Source: Actinomycetes bacterium (GTDB lineage Bacteria; Actinomycetota; CADDZG01; JAHWKV01). Taken from it: a stretch of 64,000 nt of DNA. Positions 10,107 to 18,852 of this stretch are shown here, one piece after another (within the stretch, counting starts at the first letter, position 1; each line of letters opens with the position of its first letter). A program made the position numbers and the translations under genes. Location of the stretch: positions 10,454 through 74,453 of the forward strand of contig JAJCYE010000019.1 of the NCBI GenBank assembly GCA_029263075.1, in the 5' to 3' direction. The notes under the pieces are model-generated. The model was given only the letters and a program-made list of their open reading frames with translations, ran no database searches and was not told the origin of the DNA.

Positions 10107-10802
10107 CTAGGGGGCGGCGCCACCTTCGATGATCGCGGCAAGTTCTGCATTGGTGAGGCGGGCAAATTTGCGCCGGTCCCTGGTCCGGTCCAGAACCCCG
10201 ACCTCCAGGTGCCCGTTGGGCAACTCCCGGTTCTCCACCTCTCGCAGGGACGCCACCCCCAACCGAACCGCCTCGTTGAGCGGCAGGTTGGGTTTGAAAT
10301 TTTCGCCTAGGTAACTCGACAACTCCTCGGCCTGGCCGCCCATGGTCACGTAATTGGTTTCGTCGGCCACCGAGCCGTCATAAAGGATGTGGTAAAGCTC
10401 GTTGGCCTCGCCTGCCTCTCCCACCGCGGCTACCAGGATCTCGACCTCGAACGGCTTCATGGCCTCGGTGAAGATCTGGCCCAAGATCTGTGAGTAAGAG
10501 TTGGCGAGACCCCGGGCGGAGACGTCGTCGCGGGAGTAGGAGTATCCCCGGACGTCGGCCTGACGGATGCCGTGCATCCGCAAACTCTCGAATTCGTTGA
10601 ACTTGCCCACGCCGGCAAAGGCCATGCGGTCGTAGATTTCAGAAATCTTGTGGAGGGTGCTGGAGGGGTTCTCGGCAACGAACAACACGCCGTCTGCGTA
10701 GTCCATGGCCATAACGGACTTGCCCCGTTTGATTCCCTTGCGGGCGTAGTCGGACTTGTCCTTCATGAACTGCTCGGGTGAAACGTAGAAGGGAAGGCTC
10801 AT
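10107..10802 (-). CDS. prcA: 20S proteasome alpha subunit
   Basis: MSLPFYVSPEQFMKDKSDYARKGIKRGKSVMAMDYADGVLFVAENPS... is collinear with M. tuberculosis PrcA. Its start overlaps the prcB stop by 4 nt. Confidence 0.9.
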   Translation of the reverse strand: MSLPFYVSPEQFMKDKSDYARKGIKRGKSVMAMDYADGVLFVAENPSSTLHKISEIYDRMAFAGVGKFNEFESLRMHGIRQADVRGYSYSRDDVSARGLANSYSQILGQIFTEAMKPFEVEILVAAVGEAGEANELYHILYDGSVADETNYVTMGGQAEELSSYLGENFKPNLPLNEAVRLGVASLREVENRELPNGHLEVGVLDRTRDRRKFARLTNAELAAIIEGGAAP

Positions 10803-11659
10803 TCGACCGGCCTGCTTGTTCCGGGAACCCGCTCCGCCGACGATTTGCCCAGCTCGGAACGCTCGTGCAGCAGTTCCTGGAACAGCTCGGCGATGCGGTC
10901 GTCGGAGTACTCGGTGAAGCCGTCGGCGGTTATCGACGCAATGTTCGGGTAAATGCGGCGGAGAACATCCGGACCCCCGGTTCCCACGTCTTCCTCGGAT
11001 GCGTCGAAGAGCGCCTCCAGGGCAACTTTGAGGGCGTCGTCGGAAGTAATCCCCGTCCGGTATCGCTTCTTGATGGTGGCCCGTGCGTCCCGCCCGCCCG
11101 ATCCGGTGGCCCAGTACTCGCTTTCTTCGTAACGGCCGCCTGTGACGTCGTACTTGAAGATCCGGCCCATGCCTGCTCGGTCGTCGTAACCGGCGAAGAG
11201 AGGTACGACCACCAGGCCTGCTTGCATGGCGAGCATGAGGTTGGCCCGGATCATTTGCCCCAGCTTGTTGGCCTGCCCTTCGAGGCTGAGCCGTTCACCT
11301 TCAATCTTTTCGTAGTGCTCCAGTTCCGTCTGAAACAACTTGGTCATCTCGATGGCCGGACCGGCCGACCCGGCGATGGCCACGGCCGAACAGCGGTCGG
11401 TTCGGAAGACCTTCTCGATGGAGCGGTGGGCAATGGAGTACCCCTCGGTGGCGCGCCGGTCCCCGGCGATCATCACGCCGGTGGCGTGTTTGAGAGCCAG
11501 GATCGTGGTGGCGTGGGGCGCCTCCAGGGGAGTCGAGCCGCTGAGGTCGGGGGTTACCTCGACCTGCATTCTCCGGAGCAAACCGCTGAAGGAGGAGGAG
11601 TCCAGGGATGCGCCCGGGGCGTGCTCGAAGGGGAAGTGCGGTCTGTCCATCCGTCGCAT
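10799..11659 (-). CDS. prcB: 20S proteasome beta subunit with propeptide
   Basis: Propeptide then HATTILALKHATGVMIAGDRRATEG. The TT after HA is the catalytic Thr1 exposed after autoprocessing. The sequence is collinear with PrcB. Confidence 0.9.
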   Translation of the reverse strand: MRRMDRPHFPFEHAPGASLDSSSFSGLLRRMQVEVTPDLSGSTPLEAPHATTILALKHATGVMIAGDRRATEGYSIAHRSIEKVFRTDRCSAVAIAGSAGPAIEMTKLFQTELEHYEKIEGERLSLEGQANKLGQMIRANLMLAMQAGLVVVPLFAGYDDRAGMGRIFKYDVTGGRYEESEYWATGSGGRDARATIKKRYRTGITSDDALKVALEALFDASEEDVGTGGPDVLRRIYPNIASITADGFTEYSDDRIAELFQELLHERSELGKSSAERVPGTSRPVE

Positions 11660-11720
11660 TCTAGCTTGACCTCCCGAAGGTGCGAGCCGGAAGGCCTACC
11701 TGTGCCGAACCGCGAACATG

Positions 11721-11769
11721 GATGGGGTGCGGCATTGTGGGCCGCACCCCATCCGGCACTTGTTTTTTG
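11721..11769 (+). terminator. Strong GC hairpin (13-bp stem GATGGGGTGCGGC/GCCGCACCCCATC, 7-nt loop) followed on the plus strand by TTGTTTTTTG
   Basis: Sits between the stop of the Gly-rich gene and the prcB start. The geometry fits a plus-strand intrinsic terminator, and for the minus strand only an A-tract/hairpin. It may insulate the Gly-rich gene from prcBA, or terminate antisense transcription. Confidence 0.35.
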
Positions 11770-11778
11770 ACCGATGAA

Positions 11779-12435
11779 TCAGCAGGCGTTGATCAGGGCC
11801 TCGACGCAAGCGTCGCCACTGTCGCCGGTGGCGCCGGTGCTTCCGCTGGTGCCTCCGTGGCCCGCATTTCCGCTGGAGCCGCCGGATCCGCCGGATCCGG
11901 CGTTGCCCGAAACCCCGTTTCCGCCGTTGCCGTTGCCGCCGTTCCCGGCGGCCGCAGCCCCACCGCTTCCGCCGTCGCAACCCGCTGCGGCCAGGCAGGC
12001 GCCCGCTCCACCGCTTCCGCCGTTGCCTCCACCGCCGTCGCCGCCGCCGGTGGTTGCGCCGGCGTGGTCACCGCTGCCTCCGGCCGCACCTCCACCACCG
12101 CCGTCGCCACCGCTGCCTCCGGCGCTGCCACCGCTGCCCCCGGCTGCCCCTCCACCGGCCCCGCCGTCGCCGCTGCCGCCTGCGGCGGCCCCGCTGTGCC
12201 CGCCGGCCCCACCGCTTCCGCCCGCTCCGCTGGAGCCGCCGTGGCCCGCGTTGCCGCTGTCGCCCGAGTTGCCGGTGTCACCGGTATCCAGGTCGTACTC
12301 CTGACTGCACTCAACCGTGTCGTCGCCCGGACCGTTGGCGTCGCAGTTGTTTAAGGCGAAAGCCGCCGGCAGACCCAGCGCTGCGACCACACCGATGACC
12401 AGCACAACACCCGTAAGTTTGTTGGATGACTTCAT
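11779..12435 (-). CDS. Secreted glycine-rich (about 45% Gly) low-complexity protein with Cys-containing termini, located between pup and prcB
   Basis: AAGGAG RBS lies 6 nt before the ATG (Met29 of track ORF 11779..12519). The signal peptide is MKSSNKLTGVVLVIGVVAALGLPAAFA. The mature protein is LNNCDANGPGDDTVEC...(GGSGG/GGAGG repeats)...GDSGDACVEALINAC. Mirror ORFs on both strands (a Pro-rich plus-frame) are artifacts of the GGC-repeat DNA. Confidence 0.55.
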   Translation of the reverse strand: MKSSNKLTGVVLVIGVVAALGLPAAFALNNCDANGPGDDTVECSQEYDLDTGDTGNSGDSGNAGHGGSSGAGGSGGAGGHSGAAAGGSGDGGAGGGAAGGSGGSAGGSGGDGGGGGAAGGSGDHAGATTGGGDGGGGNGGSGGAGACLAAAGCDGGSGGAAAAGNGGNGNGGNGVSGNAGSGGSGGSSGNAGHGGTSGSTGATGDSGDACVEALINAC

Positions 12436-12500
12436 TGCCGTCTCCTTTATTCCCGCCGGAACCGTGTGTTCTCGACGGAGATAGGAGTAGGGCGCGCCGG

Positions 12501-12539
12501 AAAGCTTACGAAAATGCAAAGAAGAAATTTGTTTTTGTG
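12501..12539 (-). promoter_or_regulatory. AT-rich island (acaaaaacaaatttcttctttgcattttcgtaagcttt on the minus strand) in the pup/Gly-rich-gene intergenic region; candidate internal promoter
   Basis: A conspicuous drop in GC inside an otherwise ~68% GC locus. It contains TTGCAT and T-rich tracts. No confident -10 element could be assigned. Confidence 0.25.
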
Positions 12540-12557
12540 GCGGGCCGGGCTAGGGGG

Positions 12558-12746
12558 TTATTCGCCGCCCTTTTGGACATAGCTGCGAACGAATTCCTCG
12601 GCGTTTTCTTCAAGGACCTCGTCGATCTCGGAGATCAGCTTGTCTGTTTCTTCGGTGCTGCGGCGCACCGACTTGGGCGGGGCCTCTACCTCGGCGTCCG
12701 CGCTTTGTTCGGTCCGGCGCCTTACGCGCTTTTGATCTTCTGCCAT
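12558..12746 (-). CDS. pup: Prokaryotic ubiquitin-like protein Pup (C-terminal GGE)
   Basis: 62 aa: MAEDQKRVRRRTEQSADAEVEAPPKSVRRSTEETDKLISEIDEVLEENAEEFVRSYVQKGGE. RBS AGGTGA lies 7 nt upstream. Confidence 0.9.
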   Translation of the reverse strand: MAEDQKRVRRRTEQSADAEVEAPPKSVRRSTEETDKLISEIDEVLEENAEEFVRSYVQKGGE

Positions 12747-12792
12747 CAGATATTCACCTTGATACAGATTGTAGCCCGAGCGGCCGATTCAA

Positions 12793-14292
12793 TCACGATT
12801 GGAGACGCCGGAGTAGGTCGGCGGCGTCGGTCGCGGCGTCGAACAGGGCCCCGGTGGTGGCTTTTGTACCTTTTAGCGGCTCCATCATAGGTACCTTTTG
12901 GAGCGAGTCGGCACCGGTGTCAAAGATCACTGCGTCCCAGGATGCCGCGGTCACCTGCGAAGAAAAACGTCCCAGCGACCGGCCCCGGAAGTAGGCGCGG
13001 GTGTCGGCCGGAGGATTCACGATGGCGGCTTGAATCTCGTCTTCGGAGACGAGGGTCTCTATTTGGCCGGTTTCTACCATCTTGTAGTAGACGCCTTTGT
13101 CCATTCTGATGTCGTGATACTGCAGATCCACCAGCGCCAGTTTGGGGTCGTTCCAATTCAGGTGGTGACGTTCCCTGTAGCCATCGACGGCCCTGAGCTT
13201 GGCCACCCAGTCCAGTTGCCGGTCGAGCTGCATGGGATCGGACTCCAATGCAGTCAACGTCTGCTCCCAGCGGGCCATCACCTGCGCCGTCACCTCGTTT
13301 ACATCCTGGTCCGCCAGATATTTTCGGGCCCAGTCGTAGTACTCCCACTGCAGGCCGACCGCGGTTACCTTGCGTCCGTCCTCCAGTTCGATCTTTGCCT
13401 TGCAGGTGGGGTCCCGGGAGATGGTCCTCAGGGCGGCAACCGGCTCGGAAATTCTCAGGTCGGCGGTGATGAAGTTGTCCTCGATCATCGAAAGCACGAT
13501 GGCGGTGGTGCCAACCTTGAGAAAGGTGGAGATCTCGCTCATGTTGGCGTCGCCGATGATTACGTGAAGGCGCCGGTACTTGTCGGCGTCGGCGTGCGGT
13601 TCGTCTCTGGTGTTGATGAGGGGCCGGCGAAAAGTGGTCTCAAGGCCCACCTCGACCTCAAAAAAGTCGGCCCTCTGGGAAATTTGGTACGGGATGTCTT
13701 TGGAGGCCGACGCACCCTCTGAGCCCACTTTTCCGGCGCCGGTGAAGATCTGCCGGGTGACGAAGAAGGGGGTCAGGGTGGTAACGATGCTCAAGAATGG
13801 GGTCGAGCGGCTCATCAGGTAGTTCTCGTGGCACCCGTACGAGTTGCCCTTCCCGTCCGAGTTGTTCTTGTAGACCAGGATCCGGTTCCGGGGGGGCAAG
13901 GAACGTCCCGCCGCCTCCACGCTGCCGGCGAGGATCCTCTCTCCCGCCTTGTCGTGGATGACCAGGTCGCGGGCGTTGCTGCACTCGGGCGTTGAATACT
14001 CCGGATGGGCGTGATCCACGTAGTAGCGGGCGCCGTTTTCCAGGATGACCGAGACCAGTCCGCCGTCGTCTTCAAGCAGGTCCAATCCGGTGCGCTCGAA
14101 GGTCCCCCGAGCGTCGCGCAGAGGGGTTTCCTCTTCGTAGTCCCAGCGCACGCGCTTCAAGCGGGGAGAGACGTAGGAGTTGATCAGAAGGGACGAAGCG
14201 AAAATCGGGTTGTGCTCCTCATCACCTTTGCTGATGATGCCGTATTCGGTTTCGATGCCCATCACTTTAGGAACGGCCAAACAAGTCTCCAA
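12793..14292 (-). CDS. dop: Pup deamidase/depupylase Dop
   Basis: About 495-499 aa: GIETEYGIISKGDEEHNPIFASSLLINSY...[15 protein letters not shown]... It has the Dop-specific extra loop relative to PafA. The track start is TTG (METCL...). A more likely start is the second in-frame TTG at 14280, which has a GGAG 6 nt upstream. Confidence 0.9.
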   Translation of the reverse strand: METCLAVPKVMGIETEYGIISKGDEEHNPIFASSLLINSYVSPRLKRVRWDYEEETPLRDARGTFERTGLDLLEDDGGLVSVILENGARYYVDHAHPEYSTPECSNARDLVIHDKAGERILAGSVEAAGRSLPPRNRILVYKNNSDGKGNSYGCHENYLMSRSTPFLSIVTTLTPFFVTRQIFTGAGKVGSEGASASKDIPYQISQRADFFEVEVGLETTFRRPLINTRDEPHADADKYRRLHVIIGDANMSEISTFLKVGTTAIVLSMIEDNFITADLRISEPVAALRTISRDPTCKAKIELEDGRKVTAVGLQWEYYDWARKYLADQDVNEVTAQVMARWEQTLTALESDPMQLDRQLDWVAKLRAVDGYRERHHLNWNDPKLALVDLQYHDIRMDKGVYYKMVETGQIETLVSEDEIQAAIVNPPADTRAYFRGRSLGRFSSQVTAASWDAVIFDTGADSLQKVPMMEPLKGTKATTGALFDAATDAADLLRRLQS

Positions 14293-14412
14293 CTCCTCGG
14301 GGATTTGGTCGGTAGACCTTACAGGGCTTTGGTTCGGTCTGGGAGAAGGTCGCTCCCATCAAGCTCACGGTCGACGCGGGCTCTGGCCGGATGAACGACC
14401 TGCGGAGCCCCT

Positions 14413-16194
14413 TTATAGATACTGGCCGGTCTGAATCTGCTCGATAGAGCGGGACTCCGCCTTTTTCTGTTCGCTCACCAGGGTCCGGACGAAGACAATG
14501 CGTTCGCCCTTCTTGCCTGAAATGCGCGCCCAGTCGTCCGGGTTTGTGGTGTTCGGCAGGTCCTCGTTCTCGTGGTACTCCTGATGGATTGACTCGATGA
14601 GGTCGGAGGTCCTGATGCCTCCCTCCCCGTGGCCGATCAATCGTTTGATGGCCATCTTCTTGGCCCGGCGAACGATATTTTCGATCATGGCCCCGGAGGA
14701 GAAGTCCTTGAAGTACAAAATCTCTTTGTCGCCGTTGGCGTAGGTGACCTCCAGGAAGCGGTTGTCGTCGGCGACCGAGTACATCTCCTCGACGGTGACC
14801 TCGATCATCGCCGCGATGGCCTTTTGCACGTCTCCGTAGCGTTCGGTCTCCCCCGGGCTGATGGGGACTTCCGAGATTAGGTACTTGGCGAAGATGGCCT
14901 TGGCCGACTCGCTGTCGGGCCGCTCGACCTTGATTTTCACGTCCAAACGGCCCGGACGCAGGATGGCGGGGTCGATCAGGTCCTCCCGGTTGGAGGCCCC
15001 GATGATGATTACGTTTTTCAGTTGCTCGACACCGTCGAGTTCGGAAAGAAGCTGCGGGACGATGGTGGTTTCTATGTCGCTGGAGATGCCCGAACCGCGG
15101 GTCCGGAACAGGGACTCCATCTCGTCGAAGAAGACGATCACCGGGACCCCCTCCTCCGACTTCTCCTTGGCTCGCTGGAAGATCATCCGGATCTGACGCT
15201 CGGTTTCACCGACGTACTTGTTGAGCAGTTCCGGGCCTTTGACGTTCAGGAAGTAGGCCCGGACATCTTCCCGGCCGGTAACCTCCTGTGTCCGTTTGGC
15301 CAGGGAGTTGGCGACCGCCTTGGCAATCAGTGTTTTGCCGCATCCGGGGGGGCCGTAGAGCAACACGCCCTTGGGCGGCGGAAGTTGGTAGTCGCTGAAC
15401 AACCCGGCGTAGAGGAACGGCAACTCCACGGCATCCCGCAGGGCCTCGATCTGTTCGTCCAGTCCACCGATTGCCGTGTAGTCGATATCGGGTACCTCTT
15501 CGAGGACCAATTCTTCGACTTCGGCCTTGGGTAGCTTTTCCATGAGGTAGCCGGAGCGGGAATCAAGTAACACCGAGTCGCCCGCGTTCAGGATCTGACC
15601 GTCAAGCTGGGCCGAGAGCGAGACCACCCGTTCTTCGTCGGCGTGGGTCACAACTATTGCCCGGTCCTGGCTGATGAGTTCTTTTAGCTGCGCCACCTCG
15701 CCCTGGGCCTCGTAGCCACGACCTTCCACGATGTTCAGGCCTTCGTTGAGACGGACTTCCTGACCCTTGACCAGGGTTGCCAAATCCACGCCCGGAGCGA
15801 CGTTGACACGCAGCTTGCGGCCGCCGGTGAAAATGTCGGCGGTGCCGTCATCGTAGGGGCCGAGAAAAACGCCGTAGCCGGAGGGGGGCGAGGACAGTTT
15901 GTCTATCTCTTCCTGGAGGTTGACCAGTTCTGCGCGGGCTTGGGCGAGGAGGGCAGCCATACGTTCGCTTTGATTGCGTGAGCGGCTGGCTTCGTGGCGT
16001 ACCTCCTGAAGCTGGCTTTCAAGTTTGCGAATTTTGAGCGGTGCGTCGAGAAGTTTGCTTCTGAGTACCGCGGACTCCTCTTCGAGGTCCTTGATGTGCA
16101 TCTGCAGTTCGCCCACTTCTTGTTCGAATGCGGCGATTCTGCGATCGAACTCAGATGATCCGCGCATATTCAGGCCCGCTCCTTCAATTTCCAA
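14413..16194 (-). CDS. arc: Proteasome-associated AAA ATPase ARC/Mpa
   Basis: Coiled-coil N-terminus, an OB region and an AAA module (GPPGCGKT Walker A, FFDEMES Walker B). The C-terminus GQYL is the proteasome-docking motif. The sequence is collinear with M. tuberculosis Mpa. Confidence 0.92.
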   Translation of the reverse strand: MEIEGAGLNMRGSSEFDRRIAAFEQEVGELQMHIKDLEEESAVLRSKLLDAPLKIRKLESQLQEVRHEASRSRNQSERMAALLAQARAELVNLQEEIDKLSSPPSGYGVFLGPYDDGTADIFTGGRKLRVNVAPGVDLATLVKGQEVRLNEGLNIVEGRGYEAQGEVAQLKELISQDRAIVVTHADEERVVSLSAQLDGQILNAGDSVLLDSRSGYLMEKLPKAEVEELVLEEVPDIDYTAIGGLDEQIEALRDAVELPFLYAGLFSDYQLPPPKGVLLYGPPGCGKTLIAKAVANSLAKRTQEVTGREDVRAYFLNVKGPELLNKYVGETERQIRMIFQRAKEKSEEGVPVIVFFDEMESLFRTRGSGISSDIETTIVPQLLSELDGVEQLKNVIIIGASNREDLIDPAILRPGRLDVKIKVERPDSESAKAIFAKYLISEVPISPGETERYGDVQKAIAAMIEVTVEEMYSVADDNRFLEVTYANGDKEILYFKDFSSGAMIENIVRRAKKMAIKRLIGHGEGGIRTSDLIESIHQEYHENEDLPNTTNPDDWARISGKKGERIVFVRTLVSEQKKAESRSIEQIQTGQYL

Positions 16195-16286
16195 AGCACC
16201 GGGTATCGAAGCATCGCATCCTGTCCAAGTATAGGGGCCTCATTGATTGTTCCTTAGCTTTACCGGACCGAGCCAGGGGGCAAACC

Positions 16287-17063
16287 CTACTCCTTTACGG
16301 TGATCCGGGCGAAGGTCAAAAATCCGGTGTGCGCCACCATGCGGTGGTCCGGCCGGACGGACTGTCCGTCGATGTGCCAGGTGCGGGTGAGGGTTTCTTG
16401 ACTCCACACCGATGTCCAGCGGGTGTCCGCCTGCAATTCTTCGGTCAGTCGTTGTACCTGGAGAATGGTGGGAAGGAAGCAGACCATGATGCCGCCGGGC
16501 CTCAGGGATTCTGCGACCTGGGGCAGGGCCCTCCACGGTTCTGGAAGGTCCAACGAGACGCGGTCGACCTCGGTGGGTTCGATGGGTTCGTAGATGCTGC
16601 CCATCCGGACCTGCAGATTTTCAACCTTGCCCAAGAACTCTTCGATGTTGGTGAGGGCCCTGGAGGCGAAATCTTCCCGCTGTTCATACGCGATTACCTC
16701 TCCCTCGGGGCCAACCGCTCTCAGTAGCGCCATGGTGGTTGCACCGGAACCCAGGCCGGCCTCCAAGACCCGTGCGCCCGGGTAGACGTCGGCTTGCATC
16801 AGCATGATGGCCACGTCTTTGGGGTAGATCACCTGCGCGCCCCGGGGCATCTTGAGGACGTAGTCGGCGTAGGTCGGCCGGAAAACCGTCATGACTTCCG
16901 AGCCGGTGGAAGTCACCAGGCTCCCGTCCGGTTGGCCGATGATCAGGTCGTGCGGGACGATTCCCCGATGGAAGTGGAACAACGCCCCCGTTCGCAGGGT
17001 GAGCAGGTAGCGCCGGCCCTTTCGGTCGGTGAGCATGGCCTTGTCGCCGGGTTCAAAATTCAC
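16287..17063 (-). CDS. trmI: tRNA (adenine58-N1)-methyltransferase TrmI
   Basis: Collinear with Rv2118c-type TrmI (GARVLEAGLGSGATTMALLRAVGPEGEVIAYEQRED). Synteny upstream of arc matches mycobacteria. The GTG start is codon 30 of track ORF 16287..17150; an ATG at 17036 is an alternative. Confidence 0.75.
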   Translation of the reverse strand: MNFEPGDKAMLTDRKGRRYLLTLRTGALFHFHRGIVPHDLIIGQPDGSLVTSTGSEVMTVFRPTYADYVLKMPRGAQVIYPKDVAIMLMQADVYPGARVLEAGLGSGATTMALLRAVGPEGEVIAYEQREDFASRALTNIEEFLGKVENLQVRMGSIYEPIEPTEVDRVSLDLPEPWRALPQVAESLRPGGIMVCFLPTILQVQRLTEELQADTRWTSVWSQETLTRTWHIDGQSVRPDHRMVAHTGFLTFARITVKE

Positions 17064-17228
17064 AACCGCAGTCCGTTCGCTTTTATCATCGGGCGATCTT
17101 AGCCGCAGGTAGGGAGAACAGCGCTTGGGAACCCTGTCCGTGCCGGGCAAACCGGCCCGACTGCCTGGTGATGAGCGCGTCCGGCGGGCCGGACCCCCTG
17201 GACGATTCGAATCGGGTCTGACCCGAAC

Positions 17229-17264
17229 AAAAAAGGAGCCGGGTCCCCGTGGGGGCCCGGCTCC
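17229..17264 (-). terminator. Intrinsic terminator of glnII (about 13-bp GC-rich stem GGAGCCGGGTCCCC/GGGGCCCGGCTCC, then UUUUUUGUU on the minus strand)
   Basis: Lies about 20 nt downstream of the glnII stop (17283), with the hairpin followed by a T-run in the direction of transcription. Confidence 0.6.
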
Positions 17265-17282
17265 CGGTTTGAGTGCAGCCGG

Positions 17283-18314
17283 TTAGCCGACCACGGACTC
17301 CAGTTCGGCTTCGGCCAGGGCGCCGCAGCAGGTCTCCATGAGCAGGCGGCTCACGACGTAGGGGTCCATGTTGGCGTTGGGGCGCCGGTCCTCCAGCCAT
17401 CCCTTGCCGGCCTTGGCAACGGCCCACGGGATGCGGATCGATGCGCCCCGGTCGGAGGTGCCGTAGCTGAACTGGTTCCACTTCTGAGTTTCATGGGCGC
17501 CGGTCAGGCGGTCCTCGATGCCTTCACCGTAGTTCTCCACGTGCTTGAGGGGGTCCTTTCCGAGCGCCTCGCAGCAGGCGATGATGGCGTCCCAGCTCTC
17601 GCGGGTGCCTTTGGTGGAGAAGTTGGTGTGGGCACCGGCGCCGTTCCAGTCGCCGGGAACGGGCTTGGCGGCGAGGGTGACGAATACTTCGTGCTCCTCC
17701 GCGATGCGGTAGAGCAGCCAGCGGCCCATCCAGATCTGGTCGGCGATGTCGGGGGCGCCCAGGACGCCGATCTGGAATTCCCATTGGGCCATCATGACCT
17801 CGGCGTTGGTGCCTTCGATCGAGAGCCCGGCGTTGATGCAGGCGAGGGTGTGCTCTTCGATGATGTCGCGGCCGACCATCTTCTGGCCGCCTACTCCGCA
17901 GTAGTAAGGGCCCTGCGGGGCGGGGAACCAACCACCGGCTACCGGCCATCCGAGGGGGCGACCGTCCTGCATAAAGGTGTATTCCTGCTCGATGCCGAAC
18001 ATGGGCTCCTGGTCGGCATACTTGTCCGCCACCTCAACGCACGGGCGGCGGGTGTTGGTGGGGTGGGGGGTGCCGTCCGGGAGGAAAACCTCGCAGAGGA
18101 CCAGAATGTTGTCTCCGCCGCGGATGGGGTCCGGGCAGATGAACACCGGCTCAAGAACGCAATCGGAGTTTTCGCCCGGGGCCTGGTTCGTGCTGGATCC
18201 GTCGAAGCCCCAGGTTCCGGGCTTTTGGCCGTCGGCAAGGATCTTGGTCTTGTTACGCATCAAGGCAGTCGGCTTCGTGCCGTCAATCCAGATGTACTCG
18301 GCCTGATAGCTCAA
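17283..18314 (-). CDS. glnII: Glutamine synthetase type II (eukaryote-like GSII)
   Basis: 343 aa: MSYQAEYIWIDGTKPTALMRNKTKILADG...GGDNILVLCEV... This is the GSII length and motifs. It has a TTG start with RBS AGGAGA 7 nt upstream. Confidence 0.85.
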   Translation of the reverse strand: MSYQAEYIWIDGTKPTALMRNKTKILADGQKPGTWGFDGSSTNQAPGENSDCVLEPVFICPDPIRGGDNILVLCEVFLPDGTPHPTNTRRPCVEVADKYADQEPMFGIEQEYTFMQDGRPLGWPVAGGWFPAPQGPYYCGVGGQKMVGRDIIEEHTLACINAGLSIEGTNAEVMMAQWEFQIGVLGAPDIADQIWMGRWLLYRIAEEHEVFVTLAAKPVPGDWNGAGAHTNFSTKGTRESWDAIIACCEALGKDPLKHVENYGEGIEDRLTGAHETQKWNQFSYGTSDRGASIRIPWAVAKAGKGWLEDRRPNANMDPYVVSRLLMETCCGALAEAELESVVG

Positions 18315-18563
18315 AGTATTTGTCTCCTATATCTGTTTCGGGTCACGGCCCGTTCGGCGCCACCCTGCGTGTCCAATGACCGGCAGCCTAGCAGCGGAGT
18401 GTTACGAGCCTGTTGCGCATTTGTGACTCGGCGATGCGTTACTGCCGGAGCAGAATCGAAGGCGGAGTCCCGGGATCGGCCGCTCCTGTCCCCGTCCAAA
18501 CTGACCGGACGTAATCGAATCGTAAACGCGTCTTTTGATGTCGAACCACAAAAGTCGCCGATG

Positions 18564-18590
18564 TTAACTGTTTCGTAACAATTCGGGAAC
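18564..18590. promoter_or_regulatory. Candidate GlnR-box-like site: TTAAC-n6-GTAAC-n6-GGAAC
   Basis: Three 5-mers at 6-nt spacing that fit the actinobacterial GlnR a-site/b-site architecture (gTnAc-n6-GaAAc). They lie in the 538-bp divergent glnII/LOG intergenic region, about 250 bp from either start. Confidence 0.25.
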
Positions 18591-18852
18591 TCCCCCGACT
18601 AATTGCGGTTTGTATTTTCTCCTGCCTGGGAGTCGTGGGTCTTGGCCCTATCCGCGAGGGGGGTTTCACCCCGGGCCTGCTCGGTTCCCGGACCGACCAT
18701 CAGCGCAACAACGAGCCTAAGAACTCGGCCGGCGGACGCATCTGTTCGGGGATTTAGGTACTCCAAGGCACCTGGTTCGTTGAGAAGTCCGGGTGCTGGT
18801 TTTGATCGCCCGGTGATGCGCGTCCGGTTGATGCCCGCACTAAGCTTGGGGG

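Noticed and set aside
11680-12354. Long plus-strand ORFs (224 aa, and 176 aa Pro-rich PPLPP) and a second minus ORF (173 aa) across the GGC-repeat region
   Set aside because: They are mirror-frame artifacts of the (GGN)n repeat DNA. Only the minus frame starting at 12435 has an RBS and a Sec signal peptide.
11779-12435. CRISPR array or other interspersed repeat in the GGC-rich stretch
   Set aside because: The repeats are 3-nt codon periodic, contiguous and coding. There are no spacer/repeat alternation and no cas genes.
12426-12890. 154-aa plus-strand ORF
   Set aside because: It is antisense to pup and to the pup-dop junction, with no RBS.
17195-17230. tRNA-like T-arm resemblance (gattcgaatcgggtc) in the trmI/glnII intergenic region
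   Set aside because: No acceptor stem, anticodon arm or CCA context is present. The sequence belongs to the flank of the glnII terminator.
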